Shown here in pieces: positions 36,536-48,556 of a stretch of 48,697 bases of DNA. The stretch is from NCBI GenBank assembly GCA_029287275.1, contig JARFRL010000178.1, positions 1-48,697 on the forward strand, in the 5' to 3' direction. The notes under the pieces were generated by a model. The model was not told where the DNA came from, made no database searches, and was given only the letters and a program-made list of their open reading frames with translations. This DNA is from Pontiella desulfatans (GTDB taxonomy: Bacteria > Verrucomicrobiota > Kiritimatiellia > Kiritimatiellales > Pontiellaceae). Made by a program: the position numbers and the translations under genes. The stretch's first letter is position 1. Each line of letters begins with the position of its first letter.

Positions 36536-37819
36536 ATGGACCCAGTCGTACTCAAGAGAGCCGACCACAACGTTAGTCGCAAGCAAATCAGCTCGGCGGC
36601 CATCAAAGTGATGTATCGGTTGAAAGACGAAGGCCACACCGCGTACCTCGCCGGTGGCGGCGTTCGCGACCTGTTGCTGAACCGAAACCCCAAGGACTTC
36701 GACGTCGCGACCGACGCGACGCCCGAGCAGATCCGCAAGATGTTCCGCAACTGCCGCCTCGTGGGCCGCCGGTTCCGGCTCGCCCACATTCTGTTCCGCG
36801 GCGAGGTGATCGAGACCTCCACCTTCCGCGCCCCCGTCCCCGACGATGGCGACGAAACCGTCTACTGCGACAACACCCTGCGCGTCGGCGAGACCGGCAT
36901 GGTGACGCGCGACAATATTTTCGGCACGCCCAAGGAAGACGCGCTCCGCCGCGACTTCACCATCAACGCCCTCTTCTACAACATCGCCGACTTCTCCGTC
37001 ATCGACTACGCGGGCGGCCTGAACGATCTGGACGACAAGATCATCCGCGTCATTGGCGAGCCGGACAAACGCTTCGCCGAGGATCCCGTCCGCATGATCC
37101 GCGCCGCGCGTTTCGCGGGCACGCTCGGCTTCGAGATCGAGCAACAGGCCTACGACTCCATCTGCCGCAACAAAGATCTGCTCGCGCACGCCGCGCCCTC
37201 GCGCATGTACGAGGAAGTACAAAAACTCTTCTTCTGCGGCCACGCCAAAGACGTGTTCCAGTGGCTGGAAAAAACCGATTTGCTTCACCCGATGTTCCAC
37301 GATTTCTCCCATTGGATCGACGAGGACAAAACGCGCCACGACTGGGTGATCCAAACCCTCGAGCAGATGGACCGCTGGCGCCAGGCCGGGCTGCGCGTGC
37401 ACCCCGCCCTGCTCTTCGCGCTCATTTTCGGGGAATACCATGAATTTTTGATCCAGCAGCTGATCGAGGCCGGCCAAGCCCCGCACGACGCCGCGCGCAA
37501 CGCGGTTCAAGGGCACCTGAAGGGCATGTGTGAAAACGTGCGGGTTCCCAAGCAGGCCATCTATCAAGTCTCCGACATCATGAGCAACCAAGCCCGCTTC
37601 GAGCGCGTCAAGGGCCGACAGCCGCAGCGTTTCATTCAGAGCCGCGCCTTTCTCGACGCGTTTCTCTACTTTAAATTTTCGGCCAAAGCCCACGACCGGA
37701 ATCAAGATTTGCTTGAATTCTGGACGGACCTTCGCAAAACCAACCCTCCCAAACCCCCTCCCCGAAAGGGGAAAAACGCCCCCAAGCGGCGGCCCGACGG
37801 CGAAGAGCCAATTGGGTAG
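36536..37819 (+). CDS. pcnB: Poly(A) polymerase I
   Basis: AGGGVRDLL...KDFDVATDA, the PAP-specific LVGRRFRLAHI motif, RRDFTINAL and EDPVRMIRA. Confidence 0.9.
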   Translation: MDPVVLKRADHNVSRKQISSAAIKVMYRLKDEGHTAYLAGGGVRDLLLNRNPKDFDVATDATPEQIRKMFRNCRLVGRRFRLAHILFRGEVIETSTFRAPVPDDGDETVYCDNTLRVGETGMVTRDNIFGTPKEDALRRDFTINALFYNIADFSVIDYAGGLNDLDDKIIRVIGEPDKRFAEDPVRMIRAARFAGTLGFEIEQQAYDSICRNKDLLAHAAPSRMYEEVQKLFFCGHAKDVFQWLEKTDLLHPMFHDFSHWIDEDKTRHDWVIQTLEQMDRWRQAGLRVHPALLFALIFGEYHEFLIQQLIEAGQAPHDAARNAVQGHLKGMCENVRVPKQAIYQVSDIMSNQARFERVKGRQPQRFIQSRAFLDAFLYFKFSAKAHDRNQDLLEFWTDLRKTNPPKPPPRKGKNAPKRRPDGEEPIG

Positions 37820-37923
37820 GAAAAATATTTCCAAAACAAACTTGTGTGTCGCACGCCCGTTTCGATACATTTTTGTATTACTGATTGGCATGAAAACCCG
37901 CCAACTGGAATGAGGATGCAATA

Positions 37924-39456
<1,533 letters not shown>

Positions 39457-39500
39457 GTTTCAGGGTTGAAAGGCGCGCCGGTTTAGAGGTCCAATAGGGC

Positions 39501-40373
39501 ATGGAAATTGATCAACTAGTCGAATCATTCGAATTCCGCTTCACCGCCGCGGGCGTCGACAACGCCAAGCGCGTCACGGAGGAACTGCTCGCGCACGTCT
39601 TCGATTGCAAGCCGCTGGAAATCTACACCGGCGCGGCGGACATCGCGTCCACCACGGCCAGCAAGTTCGAAATCATCAAACGCCTCGAGCCCCTGGCCGA
39701 GCGGGTCGAGAACGGCGAACCGCTGCAATACGTCATCGGACACGTTGATTTCTGGGGACTCCAGATCAAATGCGATCCGCGCGCCCTGATTCCGCGCCCC
39801 GAGACCGAGCTCTTGGTCGAGGAGGTCGTCACCTCCAACATGTGGAACCGCGAAAACGCCGGCCCCGCGACGGTGGTCGACGTGGGAACCGGAACCGGTT
39901 GCGTCGCGCTGACGCTCGCTCGGCAGAGGGCGGACGCGAACTTCAAGGCGGTCGACATCTCGTCCGACGCGCTGGAACTCGCGAAAGAAAACGCGGAAGC
40001 CAACGGACTCGCCGACCGCGTGTTCTGGATGCGCAACAATCTGCTGGAGCGCTTCGCGCCCGAAAGCGCGGATATCGTCGTGGCCAATCTTCCGTACATC
40101 GCGACCAACGACTGGAAGCGTCTGCATCCGTCCGTCCGCGACCACGAACCCCAGCTCGCGCTTGATAGCGGCCCCACCGGCATGGAACTGATCGACGAAC
40201 TCGCGACCCAGGCCCGCTACGTGCTCGTGCCCGGCGGCATGCTCTTTCTCGAGTTCGGCTTCGACCAAGGCGCCCTCGTCATCAAACGACTGGAAAGCCT
40301 CGGCTACCAAAACATCGAGATCAAACACGACCTCGCGGGCCACGACCGCATCGCCATCGCGACCAATCCCTGA
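39501..40373 (+). CDS. prmC: Release factor glutamine methyltransferase
   Basis: GEPLQYVIG, LIPRPETE, DVGTGTG, NLPY (NPPY variant), HEP..ALD.G..G, DLAGHDR. Confidence 0.93.
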   Translation: MEIDQLVESFEFRFTAAGVDNAKRVTEELLAHVFDCKPLEIYTGAADIASTTASKFEIIKRLEPLAERVENGEPLQYVIGHVDFWGLQIKCDPRALIPRPETELLVEEVVTSNMWNRENAGPATVVDVGTGTGCVALTLARQRADANFKAVDISSDALELAKENAEANGLADRVFWMRNNLLERFAPESADIVVANLPYIATNDWKRLHPSVRDHEPQLALDSGPTGMELIDELATQARYVLVPGGMLFLEFGFDQGALVIKRLESLGYQNIEIKHDLAGHDRIAIATNP

Positions 40374-40996
40374 TGGTGCCCGCGGCGGACAGGCGAAAGG
40401 CCCGTTTCGCGGAGGGCGACGCCGTCAGCTTCCCCTATCGCCGCGGACGGGTGGCGGGAACGATCGTCCGAATGAATCCCAAACGCGCCATCATCCGCGC
40501 GGACGGAACCGACTTCACCATTCCCTACGAATCACTCACGACCACGTCCGAGGGCGCCGCCGCGCGCGTGGAGCGGATAGAAGCCGTTCACGACCGCGCC
40601 ACGAAACTCATCGCTCGGCATGGCCTCAAGCGCTGGCGATTCGCGTTCGACCACTCCACGCGACGGGCGGGGTGTTGCCGCTATTCGACCAAGACCCTGT
40701 CCATCGCGTTCGATCTGGCGGCGAATGGATCGGAAGCCGATATCCGCGACACGATTCTACACGAAATCGCGCACGCGCTGGTGGGTCGAAAGCATCATCA
40801 CGACGCGGTCTGGAAAGCGAAGGCGGTCGAGATCGGCGGATCGGCCGAACGAACGCACCGGCTCCAGTTCGCGCCGCCGCGCTGGAACGTCACCTGCGAA
40901 AACCGCTGTTGGAGCCATACGGCTCAACAGCGGAACTCGAAACTGATCTGTCGGAAGTGCGGCGAAAAACTAATCTACTCCCCCGCGCGGCCGTAG
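40373..40996 (+). CDS. SprT-like zinc metalloprotease domain protein
   Basis: RRAGCC, DTILHEIAHAL...HDAVWK, C-terminal Cys pairs (CENRC, CRKC). Confidence 0.82.
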   Translation: MVPAADRRKARFAEGDAVSFPYRRGRVAGTIVRMNPKRAIIRADGTDFTIPYESLTTTSEGAAARVERIEAVHDRATKLIARHGLKRWRFAFDHSTRRAGCCRYSTKTLSIAFDLAANGSEADIRDTILHEIAHALVGRKHHHDAVWKAKAVEIGGSAERTHRLQFAPPRWNVTCENRCWSHTAQQRNSKLICRKCGEKLIYSPARP

Positions 40997-41007
40997 AACG
41001 GAAAGCT

Positions 41008-42789
41008 CTATTTTTTCGCCTTGTCGATCGTCGCCTGAATCGCGGCGCGCTCCTCGTCGCGGCGGCACGCCTCCAGCGCCTGCGTCGCCAGCTTTTTATT
41101 CAGCTTTTTCGGCTTTTGCGCGGCCAGCAAACGCGAGCAGCCGCGCATGAGCGTGACGTGATTCGCCAACGACATCTCCTCGTTGGACGCCAACTCAATC
41201 ATCGCCGGAAGGCCGTTGTCCGCGCCCCATCCGCCCAACAGTTTGACCGCGAGCTTTTGGAGTTTTTCGTCGCTGGAACCACAGGCCTCGACCAGCGGCT
41301 GAAGCGCTTCCTGACTGCCGGTCTGAACCAACGCTTGCAGAATATTGGCTTGGCCCCGCGGCGAGGCGCCTTCCATCCGCGCCACTAGAATATCGACCGC
41401 CTTGGCCGGATCGCTCGAACGCCGCGTGATCTCAACGACCGCGTTGAGGATGTCGCGGGACAGCGCGGAGGACTCCTTCGTGATCATCAGCGCGACCAAC
41501 TCCTCGAGATTCGAGGAGTCGCCGATCGCGCCAACGGCCGCGACCGCGGCTTTAGGCGCCGCGTCGCCATCGCCGGCGGCGTACTTGAAGAACGTCGAAA
41601 TCAGATCCACGCGCCCGCGGTTCGCGAGCGCCTCGATCGCGATGGCGCGGCGATCGTCGGCCGAGCCCGCCGCGACGTTCTCCAGCGCCTCGTCGACTCC
41701 ATCGGCGTCCAGCCGACCCAGCGCGCGGAGCGCCGCGGGACGACCGTTCGCGAGCAGCGATGCCACGGACCCGGCGGTGCCGATCCGCGCCAGCGCGCGG
41801 GAGGCCCCGTCCTGAACGAGCGGGTCTGGGGATTTCAGCAACGGTTCGACCCCTTTCGCGTAGGCGCGGTTTTCGCTGAACGCCAAGGCGCCCAGCGCCT
41901 GGGGTTGGATATGTGGAGGAAGGCTTCCGACTTTCGCGGCGACGGCGTCGAGAACCACCGGATCCTTTCCTTGAAGCGCGGCCTCGATCACCGCGAGTTG
42001 CCGCGCGGGAACGCCCGACGCCAGCGCGTCGTTGGCCAATTGGGTTTCGCCCGCGAGCAGCAAGCTCAGTAGCGCCGCGGCCTGAACCTCGGGATCCGTG
42101 CTCGAGGCGAGGAGTTGAGACGTGATGTTTTCGCGGCTCATGGAAAGCAACGCGGCGTCGATTTGCGTGAGGCGGAATCCCGCCGCGCCCACGCGCGCGG
42201 TGGCGAGCGCCTTGACTCCGGCGTCCTCGTTCAGACGGCCCAGCGCCTTCACCGCGGCCATGAAGACCGCGTCGTCGTTCGCTTCGAGATAACCCGCGAT
42301 CAAGTTGGAAGCGCCCTCTTCCCCGCGCTCCCCCAGCGCGACGATGAGACCGGCGGTCTCTTTGGCCGAACGCGCCTTTCTCATCTTCAGCTGAGCGCCC
42401 AACGCGTGCCCGGCTCGCGGGGACGGATTGACGGCCAACGCGCGGCGGGCGTCGTCGCGGATATGCTCGTCCTTGTGGTTGAGCAGTTCCACGAGCGTGG
42501 GAACAGCTTCTTCGCCGCCGATCCGCTCCAGATTGTTGAGCACCGGTTGGATGACCGAGACAACCGGATGGTCGCCCGCGAGCACTTGGCACATTTCCAG
42601 ACAGATCGTCTCCCGCGCGCCGGGTTCGGCGTCGGGCGCGCTCGCCTTGGAGCAGGCCGCGAGCAGATCAAGCCGCGCCTGGGTCTGGACGTCCAGATCG
42701 GCCGCGGTGAGATTCGGGATCAGCTCTTTCACCGCGGCGTGCGACGCCACGGCCATGAGCAATACGAGAAGGAATGGTTTCTTGAACAT
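41008..42789 (-). CDS. Secreted HEAT/PBS-lyase repeat protein
   Basis: Signal peptide ending SHA. Repeated L-x-x-I-G...A-V-x-x-L-x-x-L-L and A-A-x-x-A-L-G helical repeats. Confidence 0.82.
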   Translation of the reverse strand: MFKKPFLLVLLMAVASHAAVKELIPNLTAADLDVQTQARLDLLAACSKASAPDAEPGARETICLEMCQVLAGDHPVVSVIQPVLNNLERIGGEEAVPTLVELLNHKDEHIRDDARRALAVNPSPRAGHALGAQLKMRKARSAKETAGLIVALGERGEEGASNLIAGYLEANDDAVFMAAVKALGRLNEDAGVKALATARVGAAGFRLTQIDAALLSMSRENITSQLLASSTDPEVQAAALLSLLLAGETQLANDALASGVPARQLAVIEAALQGKDPVVLDAVAAKVGSLPPHIQPQALGALAFSENRAYAKGVEPLLKSPDPLVQDGASRALARIGTAGSVASLLANGRPAALRALGRLDADGVDEALENVAAGSADDRRAIAIEALANRGRVDLISTFFKYAAGDGDAAPKAAVAAVGAIGDSSNLEELVALMITKESSALSRDILNAVVEITRRSSDPAKAVDILVARMEGASPRGQANILQALVQTGSQEALQPLVEACGSSDEKLQKLAVKLLGGWGADNGLPAMIELASNEEMSLANHVTLMRGCSRLLAAQKPKKLNKKLATQALEACRRDEERAAIQATIDKAKK

Positions 42790-42804
42790 GGTCGGCCTTT
42801 CGGA

Positions 42805-44097
42805 TTACAGGGTGTAGGGAGCGCGGCGCGGACGGTCGAGCCATTTGGACGCTTCGGCGTCGCCGATGATCTCTTCCGTGGAAGGATCCCACTTGATGCT
42901 CCGGTTGAGTCGCTCGGAGATCGCGCTGAGATGACAGATCGTCGCGGTGCGATGCCCGATCTCCACGTCGGCGATGGTGCGCGCGCGCGTTTTGATGGCG
43001 TTGAGGAAATTGTCGTGATGATTCGTCGTGGCGCCGAGATGAACGTCGGACGCCGCGAGCGGCCGGTTTTTGAGCGCCGCGGGATTGGTTTGCAGATCGC
43101 CCGAGCGGCCGACCCCGATGGAGCCCTTGTCGCCGTGGAACTCGATCATGGAGTTGAACGTTCGGTTCGGGAAATCGCGGTAGACGATCGGGCCGTCCTT
43201 GTATTTATAGCCCTGGCAACCGGAATCGTCCCACCCTTGCGGGAAGAAGAATTCGGGGCCCGAGGCGTCCATGCCCAAGGCGAACTGAATAATATCGTAG
43301 TGATGCGCGCCCCAGTCGCCGTTTTTGCGGGAACCGTATTCCCAGAACGAGCGCCAACCGCCGCCATAGTTTCCTTTCACGCGCTTCCCGTTGTAGGGAT
43401 ACCAAGGCGTCGGACCAAGCCAGCGATCGTAGTCGAAGCCTTCCGGAATCGGCTGTTCGGGAAGCACCATGCCGTCGGGAAAGCGCCCGAGGTTGGCGTA
43501 GACGGTATGTACTTCGCCGATCCACCCGTTGCGGACCATTTCGACCGCTTTGCCAAATGAAGCGTCGGAGCGTTGCTGACTGCCGACTTGCAGAACCGCG
43601 CCGTGACGGCGGACCGCGGCGGAAAGCGCGCGGCCTTCCTTGATGGTTAGGCTCATCGGCTTTTCAACGTAGACGTCCTTGCCGGAACGCACCGCGTCGA
43701 GCGAGATCGGCACGTGCCAATGGTCGGGCGTGACGACGAAGCAGGCGTCGATATCGCCGCGCTCCATGATCTTCTCGTGCTCGTTGTAGCAGGCGCATCC
43801 TTTGTCGCCATACTTCGCGTTCACCCGATCCCGCGCGGCCTCGCGCTTTTTCTGGTCCACGTCGCACACGGCCAGAATCTGGACGTTGCCGCGGCCGAGC
43901 ATGTTGTTGAAATGGCCTTTCATCATCAGGCCGAAACCAACCATGCCAAACGTGATTCGCTCGCTTGGAGCGGTGAACCCCGCGAACCCCATCGCGCTGG
44001 AGGGAATCACGGTGGGAGCGGCCACGGCGGCCGCGCCCAAGGTGGAGGCGCGCAGGAAATTCCCGCGCGACAAAGCGGTCTTCTTTGTGTTCATCAT
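42805..44097 (-). CDS. Gfo/Idh/MocA family oxidoreductase with a Tat-like signal
   Basis: SRGNFL leader, PSERI.FG.VGFG, AVCDVD, TPDHWH, KDVYVEKP, QVGSQQRS, DWGAHH.D. Confidence 0.92.
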   Translation of the reverse strand: MMNTKKTALSRGNFLRASTLGAAAVAAPTVIPSSAMGFAGFTAPSERITFGMVGFGLMMKGHFNNMLGRGNVQILAVCDVDQKKREAARDRVNAKYGDKGCACYNEHEKIMERGDIDACFVVTPDHWHVPISLDAVRSGKDVYVEKPMSLTIKEGRALSAAVRRHGAVLQVGSQQRSDASFGKAVEMVRNGWIGEVHTVYANLGRFPDGMVLPEQPIPEGFDYDRWLGPTPWYPYNGKRVKGNYGGGWRSFWEYGSRKNGDWGAHHYDIIQFALGMDASGPEFFFPQGWDDSGCQGYKYKDGPIVYRDFPNRTFNSMIEFHGDKGSIGVGRSGDLQTNPAALKNRPLAASDVHLGATTNHHDNFLNAIKTRARTIADVEIGHRTATICHLSAISERLNRSIKWDPSTEEIIGDAEASKWLDRPRRAPYTL

Positions 44098-44206
44098 CGT
44101 ACCCTTTCCTGAAATTCTACTTTTCTAGGGTTTCGTTTATAACGAAAGGCTACGGGAGGAATCTTGTATTTACGAACCCTATACTTGCACGAAATCGGCG
44201 TTTTAC

Positions 44207-45295
44207 TTAGTTCATCAACCGCGCGACGTTCCGCGCCACGAAGGCCAGGTCCGCGGGAGCGTGCTTGATGCACTCTTCCAGCGACGAATGCCCGGCGGAA
44301 ATGCTGAACGCGTAATCGAACACCTCGAGGAACGGATCGAGCTCGCCATGCAACGCGCCCGAAAGCAGCAAGGTTTTCGCGCCGCGCTCCCGCGCCAAGC
44401 CGGCCAGCACAGAGCACAGTTTGCCGGAAGCGGTCTGCCCGTCCGTGCGCCCTTCGCCCGTGATCAACAAATCCGCGCCCTCGAGCGCGGCCGGCAGGCC
44501 GACCGTCTCGGCGATCAGGTTCGCGCCGGATACGATTTCGGCCGCGCAAAACGCGCGCAGACCATAACCCAGCCCGCCCGCCGCGCCGTCGCCCGGGGCG
44601 TCCGCCGTCGTCGCGACGCGGCGCAGGTTCGCGAGCCCCGCGTCGAGCGACTCGACCATTTCGGGCGTAGCGCCCTTTTGCGGACCAAACACGGCGGCCG
44701 CGCCGTTGGGGCCGGTCAGCGGGTTGGTCACGTCGCAGGCGACGCGAATCCGCGCGCCGACTTCGGCCCGATCGATTCGGGCGATTTTGGAGAGGATTTT
44801 TCCGCCGCGCTCCGTGATTTCGCGGCCGTCCGCGTCGCGGAACACGAAGCCCAGCGCTTGCGCCATGCCGGTGCCGCCATCCACCGTGGCGCTGCCGCCG
44901 ATGCCCATCACGATTTGGGTCTGGCCCGCTTCAATCAGGTGACGAAGCAGCTCGCCGCACCCGTAGGTGGTCGCCTCCAATGGATTCAGCCGCACCGCGG
45001 GAATGAGTTCGATACCCGCCGCGGAGGCCATTTCCATGATCGCGGTTCCGTCCGGAAGCACGCCGTATTCGGCCTCGACCGGCTCGCCCAGCGGACCGGT
45101 GACCGTCAGCGCTCGGAGCTCGCCGCCCGTCGCGGCGACAACCGCGTCGACGGTTCCTTCGCCGCCGTCGGCCATCGGAAGACTCAGCACCTCGGCCTCG
45201 GGCGTCTCCCGCAGAATGGCGGCTTGTACGATTTCGCACACCTTGGCGGCGCGCATGTTGCCCTTGTAGGAATCGGGCGCGATCACGATTTTCAT
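44207..45295 (-). CDS. Glycerate kinase (GlxK/GarK type)
   Basis: MKIVIAPDSYKG, PMADGGEGT, GIGGSATVDGG, VFGPQKGA, GAAGG, ITGEG..D.QT..GK. True start 45295 overlaps the LacI stop. Confidence 0.93.
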   Translation of the reverse strand: MKIVIAPDSYKGNMRAAKVCEIVQAAILRETPEAEVLSLPMADGGEGTVDAVVAATGGELRALTVTGPLGEPVEAEYGVLPDGTAIMEMASAAGIELIPAVRLNPLEATTYGCGELLRHLIEAGQTQIVMGIGGSATVDGGTGMAQALGFVFRDADGREITERGGKILSKIARIDRAEVGARIRVACDVTNPLTGPNGAAAVFGPQKGATPEMVESLDAGLANLRRVATTADAPGDGAAGGLGYGLRAFCAAEIVSGANLIAETVGLPAALEGADLLITGEGRTDGQTASGKLCSVLAGLARERGAKTLLLSGALHGELDPFLEVFDYAFSISAGHSSLEECIKHAPADLAFVARNVARLMN

Positions 45296-46236
45296 GCGGA
45301 ACTCCTTATGATTAGTTTTCCCGGAACAAGAATTTCCTTCGGCTCCGCGGGCTTCAATACCGCGTCGAAGGCGTGGCGAACCATCTCGCCGAGTGGTTGC
45401 TGAATGGTGGTGATGGGCGGAATGAAGCGCGCCGCGAGGGGAATGTCGTCGAAGCCGATCACGGGCGTGGCTTCGCCGGAGGCGTGCAGGGCGTGCAACG
45501 CGCCCATCGCGATCACGTCCGTCGCGCAGACCAACCCCGCGCCCGCCGCGCCGAGGCGGCCAACCGTTTGTTCCCCCGCCTCGAAACCATCCGAGGCCCA
45601 AAGATGCCGTTCCACGCCCAAACCGGCCGCGGAGGCGGCCTTCTCGAGCGCCTGAAAGCGCAACGCGTGGCCCCACAGGTTCGCGCCGATGAAGGCGCAC
45701 CGCTTCCAGCCGCGGGCGACGAGATGCTCCACCACGCGCTCGGCGGCGTGGTGCTCATCGACCGCGACCCGAACGCTGGGTTCGTCGGCGGGGCCGTGCC
45801 CGACGCGCGCGACGGGCATGCCGCGGAATCCGGAGAGCCACTCGGAGCGCTCGGCGGAACCGAGCACGATCAATCCGTCGATCGCGTGTTTGTGCAGCGG
45901 CGCGAGATCCGAGGGCTCGGGATGCCGGCCTTTGAATCCGGCGAGCACCAGCGAATAGTTTCGCTCGTGGGCGCGTTCCTGCAGTTTTTCGATGATGACG
46001 CCGAAGAAGGGATCGCGAAAATCGTAGACGACCACGCCGATGGTCCGCGACGACTTGCCTTTGAGCGTGAGGGCCGCGGCGCTGGGCACGTAGCCCATTT
46101 CCTCGGCGGTGACTAGCACGCGGTCGATCGTCGCGTCCGCGATGCCCACCGCCCGAGCCTTGCCGGATAGAACCCGCGAGACGAGAGCGATCGACACCCC
46201 CAACCGTTCCGCGATCTGTTTTTGACTTACCGCCAT
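45292..46236 (-). CDS. LacI family transcriptional regulator
   Basis: SQKQIAERLGVSIALVSRVL, GYVPS.AA..L, DPFF, GFDDI...PPITTI.Q. Confidence 0.92.
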   Translation of the reverse strand: MAVSQKQIAERLGVSIALVSRVLSGKARAVGIADATIDRVLVTAEEMGYVPSAAALTLKGKSSRTIGVVVYDFRDPFFGVIIEKLQERAHERNYSLVLAGFKGRHPEPSDLAPLHKHAIDGLIVLGSAERSEWLSGFRGMPVARVGHGPADEPSVRVAVDEHHAAERVVEHLVARGWKRCAFIGANLWGHALRFQALEKAASAAGLGVERHLWASDGFEAGEQTVGRLGAAGAGLVCATDVIAMGALHALHASGEATPVIGFDDIPLAARFIPPITTIQQPLGEMVRHAFDAVLKPAEPKEILVPGKLIIRSSA

Positions 46237-46387
46237 GTTCACCTCAAATATTTGAGATACTGGTTTCCCGACGAAATAAAGCAAGGCTTTTCGCGTTTCG
46301 ACCACGCGCTAGCGCTGAATGGCGCTTTCCAACCTCCGTGAAAAATCTTATTCTCGCGCTCTTTGAATCATTCACGGGGAACGACGA

Positions 46388-47002
46388 ATGCTGGATCTGA
46401 TGGTTAAAGGCGGGCTGATCATGTGGCCGCTGCTGCTCTGCTCGGTGGTCGCGCTCGCGATCGTGATCGAGCGAGCGTTTTTCTGGTTGCTGGTTTTGAA
46501 ACGCAAAAACCAACCGCTGATCAACCGGATCTTCAGCCTGACGGAAGAAGGCGATTTCGACCTCGCGATCGAGGAGGGCGAAAACTCCGGATGCCTGGTC
46601 TGCCGCATCCTCACAAGCGGTCTCGGGCACCGGAACTACGGCTTGGTTCAGTCGCTGCAAGCCGCCGCGATGTTCGAAATCGAGAAGATGAAGCGCTATC
46701 TCTCCGTGCTCGACACCATCATCACCGCCGCGCCGCTTCTCGGCATCCTCGGGACCGTGTCCGGCATCATCATCTCCTTCGATTTGCTGGGCGACGCGGG
46801 CATCGAAGATCCCAAAGCCGTCACCGGCGGCATCGCGCAAGCGCTGATCACCACCGCGACGGGCCTCTCCATCGCGATCGTCACGCTCCTGCCCTACAAC
46901 GCGCTGACGCGCAAGGTCGAGAAGATCACCCGCCACCTCGAACAGCTGATCACCTGCTACGAGGTCACCGTACAAAAAGGCGTGGAGAAGAAATGCGGCT
47001 AA
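46388..47002 (+). CDS. exbB: ExbB/MotA/TolQ proton channel protein
   Basis: GGLIMWPLL, APLLGILGTVSGII.SF, GGIAQALITTATGL.IAI. Confidence 0.92.
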   Translation: MLDLMVKGGLIMWPLLLCSVVALAIVIERAFFWLLVLKRKNQPLINRIFSLTEEGDFDLAIEEGENSGCLVCRILTSGLGHRNYGLVQSLQAAAMFEIEKMKRYLSVLDTIITAAPLLGILGTVSGIIISFDLLGDAGIEDPKAVTGGIAQALITTATGLSIAIVTLLPYNALTRKVEKITRHLEQLITCYEVTVQKGVEKKCG

Positions 47003-47400
47003 GCTCGGGATATGAAACCAAAAAGGCCCGCGTGGAAATGCTGCCGTTGATCGACGTCGTGTTTCTGCTGCTCGTCTTTTTCATCTACGCCATGGTTTCG
47101 ATGGTGGTCCACCGCGGCATCAAGGTGGATCTGCCCCAGGCCGGAACCGCGGCCATGGAGCGCGACGACTTCATCTCCATCACGCTCGACGCCGAGAACC
47201 GGCTGTTCCTGAACGCCGAGCCCATCGAACCGGAACTCGTCGCGGCGAAGGTCGTGGCCTTGCGCCGCGGCGCCAAAAAACCCGTTTTCATCGAAGGCGA
47301 TCAAAGGGCCGACCTCGGCCGCGCCATCGAGCTGTTGGACGATCTTAAAAAAGCCGGCGTGGAGGAGATTTCGTTTTCATGCGAAAAAGGAACTCCATAG
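46993..47400 (+). CDS. exbD: ExbD/TolR biopolymer transport protein
   Basis: EMLPLIDVVFLLLVFF, KVDLP.A, VFIEGD. Start at ATG 46993 within the longer track ORF. Confidence 0.92.
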   Translation: MRLSSGYETKKARVEMLPLIDVVFLLLVFFIYAMVSMVVHRGIKVDLPQAGTAAMERDDFISITLDAENRLFLNAEPIEPELVAAKVVALRRGAKKPVFIEGDQRADLGRAIELLDDLKKAGVEEISFSCEKGTP

Positions 47401-48023
47401 TCAACCTACCGCTCGCGCTCGGCGTCGTGTTGTCCATCGCGCTCCACGCCGCGGCCTTCTACGGCCGCGGTATGAGCGCGCCCGCGAAACCCATGATGGA
47501 CGCCGGCCGCACGGTGGTTCAGCTGACGCTGGTCCCATCCGCCGCGCGCCAACCAGTCGAACCCGAACCGGAGCCCGTCGTCGAACCCGAACGCGAGATC
47601 GAGCCCGCGCCCGAACCGATCGCCACGCCGGAACCCGCGCCCGCGCCCAAACCCATTGTTGTCCCGCCACCCACGCCCGAACCCGCGCCCGCGCCGGCCG
47701 TCCAGCAATCCGTGGAACGGGTCGCCAGCCTCGTCGAGGACAAAGGCGTGCGGATCGAAGCCTCGCCCGTCGCCGGCATCCGCGCCACCTATCCGCGTTC
47801 CTCGCGGAGCCGAGGCCATGAAGGGACGGTGCTCCTTTCCATTCAGGTGCGCGCCAACGGCCAGGCGGGCGAAGTGCGGATCATGAAAAGCAGCGGGTTC
47901 AAACGCCTCGACGAAGCCGCGGTCAAGGCGGCGAAAGCGGCCGAATACATTCCCGCGAAACGGCTCGGCCGCGCCGTCGAATCCGAACTGATCCAACCCA
48001 TCGTGTTCGAGTTGACTCAATGA
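47379..48023 (+). CDS. tonB: TonB energy transducer
   Basis: TM helix with S-x3-H (SIALH), (EP)n/(PAP)n Pro-rich spacer, C-terminal YP....RG.EG.V...SSG...LDEAA. Confidence 0.9.
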   Translation: MRKRNSIVNLPLALGVVLSIALHAAAFYGRGMSAPAKPMMDAGRTVVQLTLVPSAARQPVEPEPEPVVEPEREIEPAPEPIATPEPAPAPKPIVVPPPTPEPAPAPAVQQSVERVASLVEDKGVRIEASPVAGIRATYPRSSRSRGHEGTVLLSIQVRANGQAGEVRIMKSSGFKRLDEAAVKAAKAAEYIPAKRLGRAVESELIQPIVFELTQ

Positions 48024-48556
48024 TCAAGCGCGTCCATTTTCTATTGGCGCTCGCGCTCGCGCTCGTCGCGGGGTGTGGAAAACAGCCCCCCGCCGCGGCG
48101 CTGAACGACGCACCGGAACGCATCATCTCCCTCGCGCCCGACATCACCGAAACCGTCTACGCGCTCGGCTTGGGCGACCAACTCGTTGGCGCGACGACCT
48201 GGTGCGTTTATCCCGCCGCCGCGAAAACCGTCCCGCGGGTCGGCGGCTTCGGCCAATACAACTTCGAGGCGATCGTATCGCTCCGTCCCGATCTGGTCCT
48301 GCTTCACCACAAATACGACGCGGAAAAAACGCGCCTTGATGGCCTGGGCATCCCCTATCTCGAAACGAGAACCGAGCATATCGCCGACATCATCGATTCC
48401 ATCGTCGCGATAGGCGAGGCCTGCGGTGCGGCGGACGCGGCCCAAACGCTGAACAAGAACATCAACGAACGCATGCTGTCCGCGATGAACGCGACGGGCA
48501 TCACCGAACGCGTGCTCGTCACGTTTGGCGGCGACGCGGCCGATCTGGATCAAATC
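48020..48556 (+). CDS. BtuF/FhuD-like periplasmic substrate-binding lipoprotein (cobalamin/heme/siderophore), truncated at the contig end
   Basis: Lipobox VAG-C, PERIISLAPDITETVYALG, VG.T..C.YP, NFEAIVSLRPDLV. Genuine sequence stops at 48556. Confidence 0.85.

Noticed and set aside
37885-37901. TTGGCATGAAAACCCGC as a sigma54 promoter for the second NifA-like gene
   Set aside because: The GG-to-GC spacing is 11 nt, not the required 10.
46237-46387. Cobalamin riboswitch upstream of exbB-exbD-tonB-btuF-like genes
   Set aside because: The region is short (about 150 nt) with no recognisable B12 box, so the transported substrate is left open.
47550-47705. Short tandem repeats (GAACCCG-like)
   Set aside because: They simply encode the Pro/Glu-rich TonB spacer.
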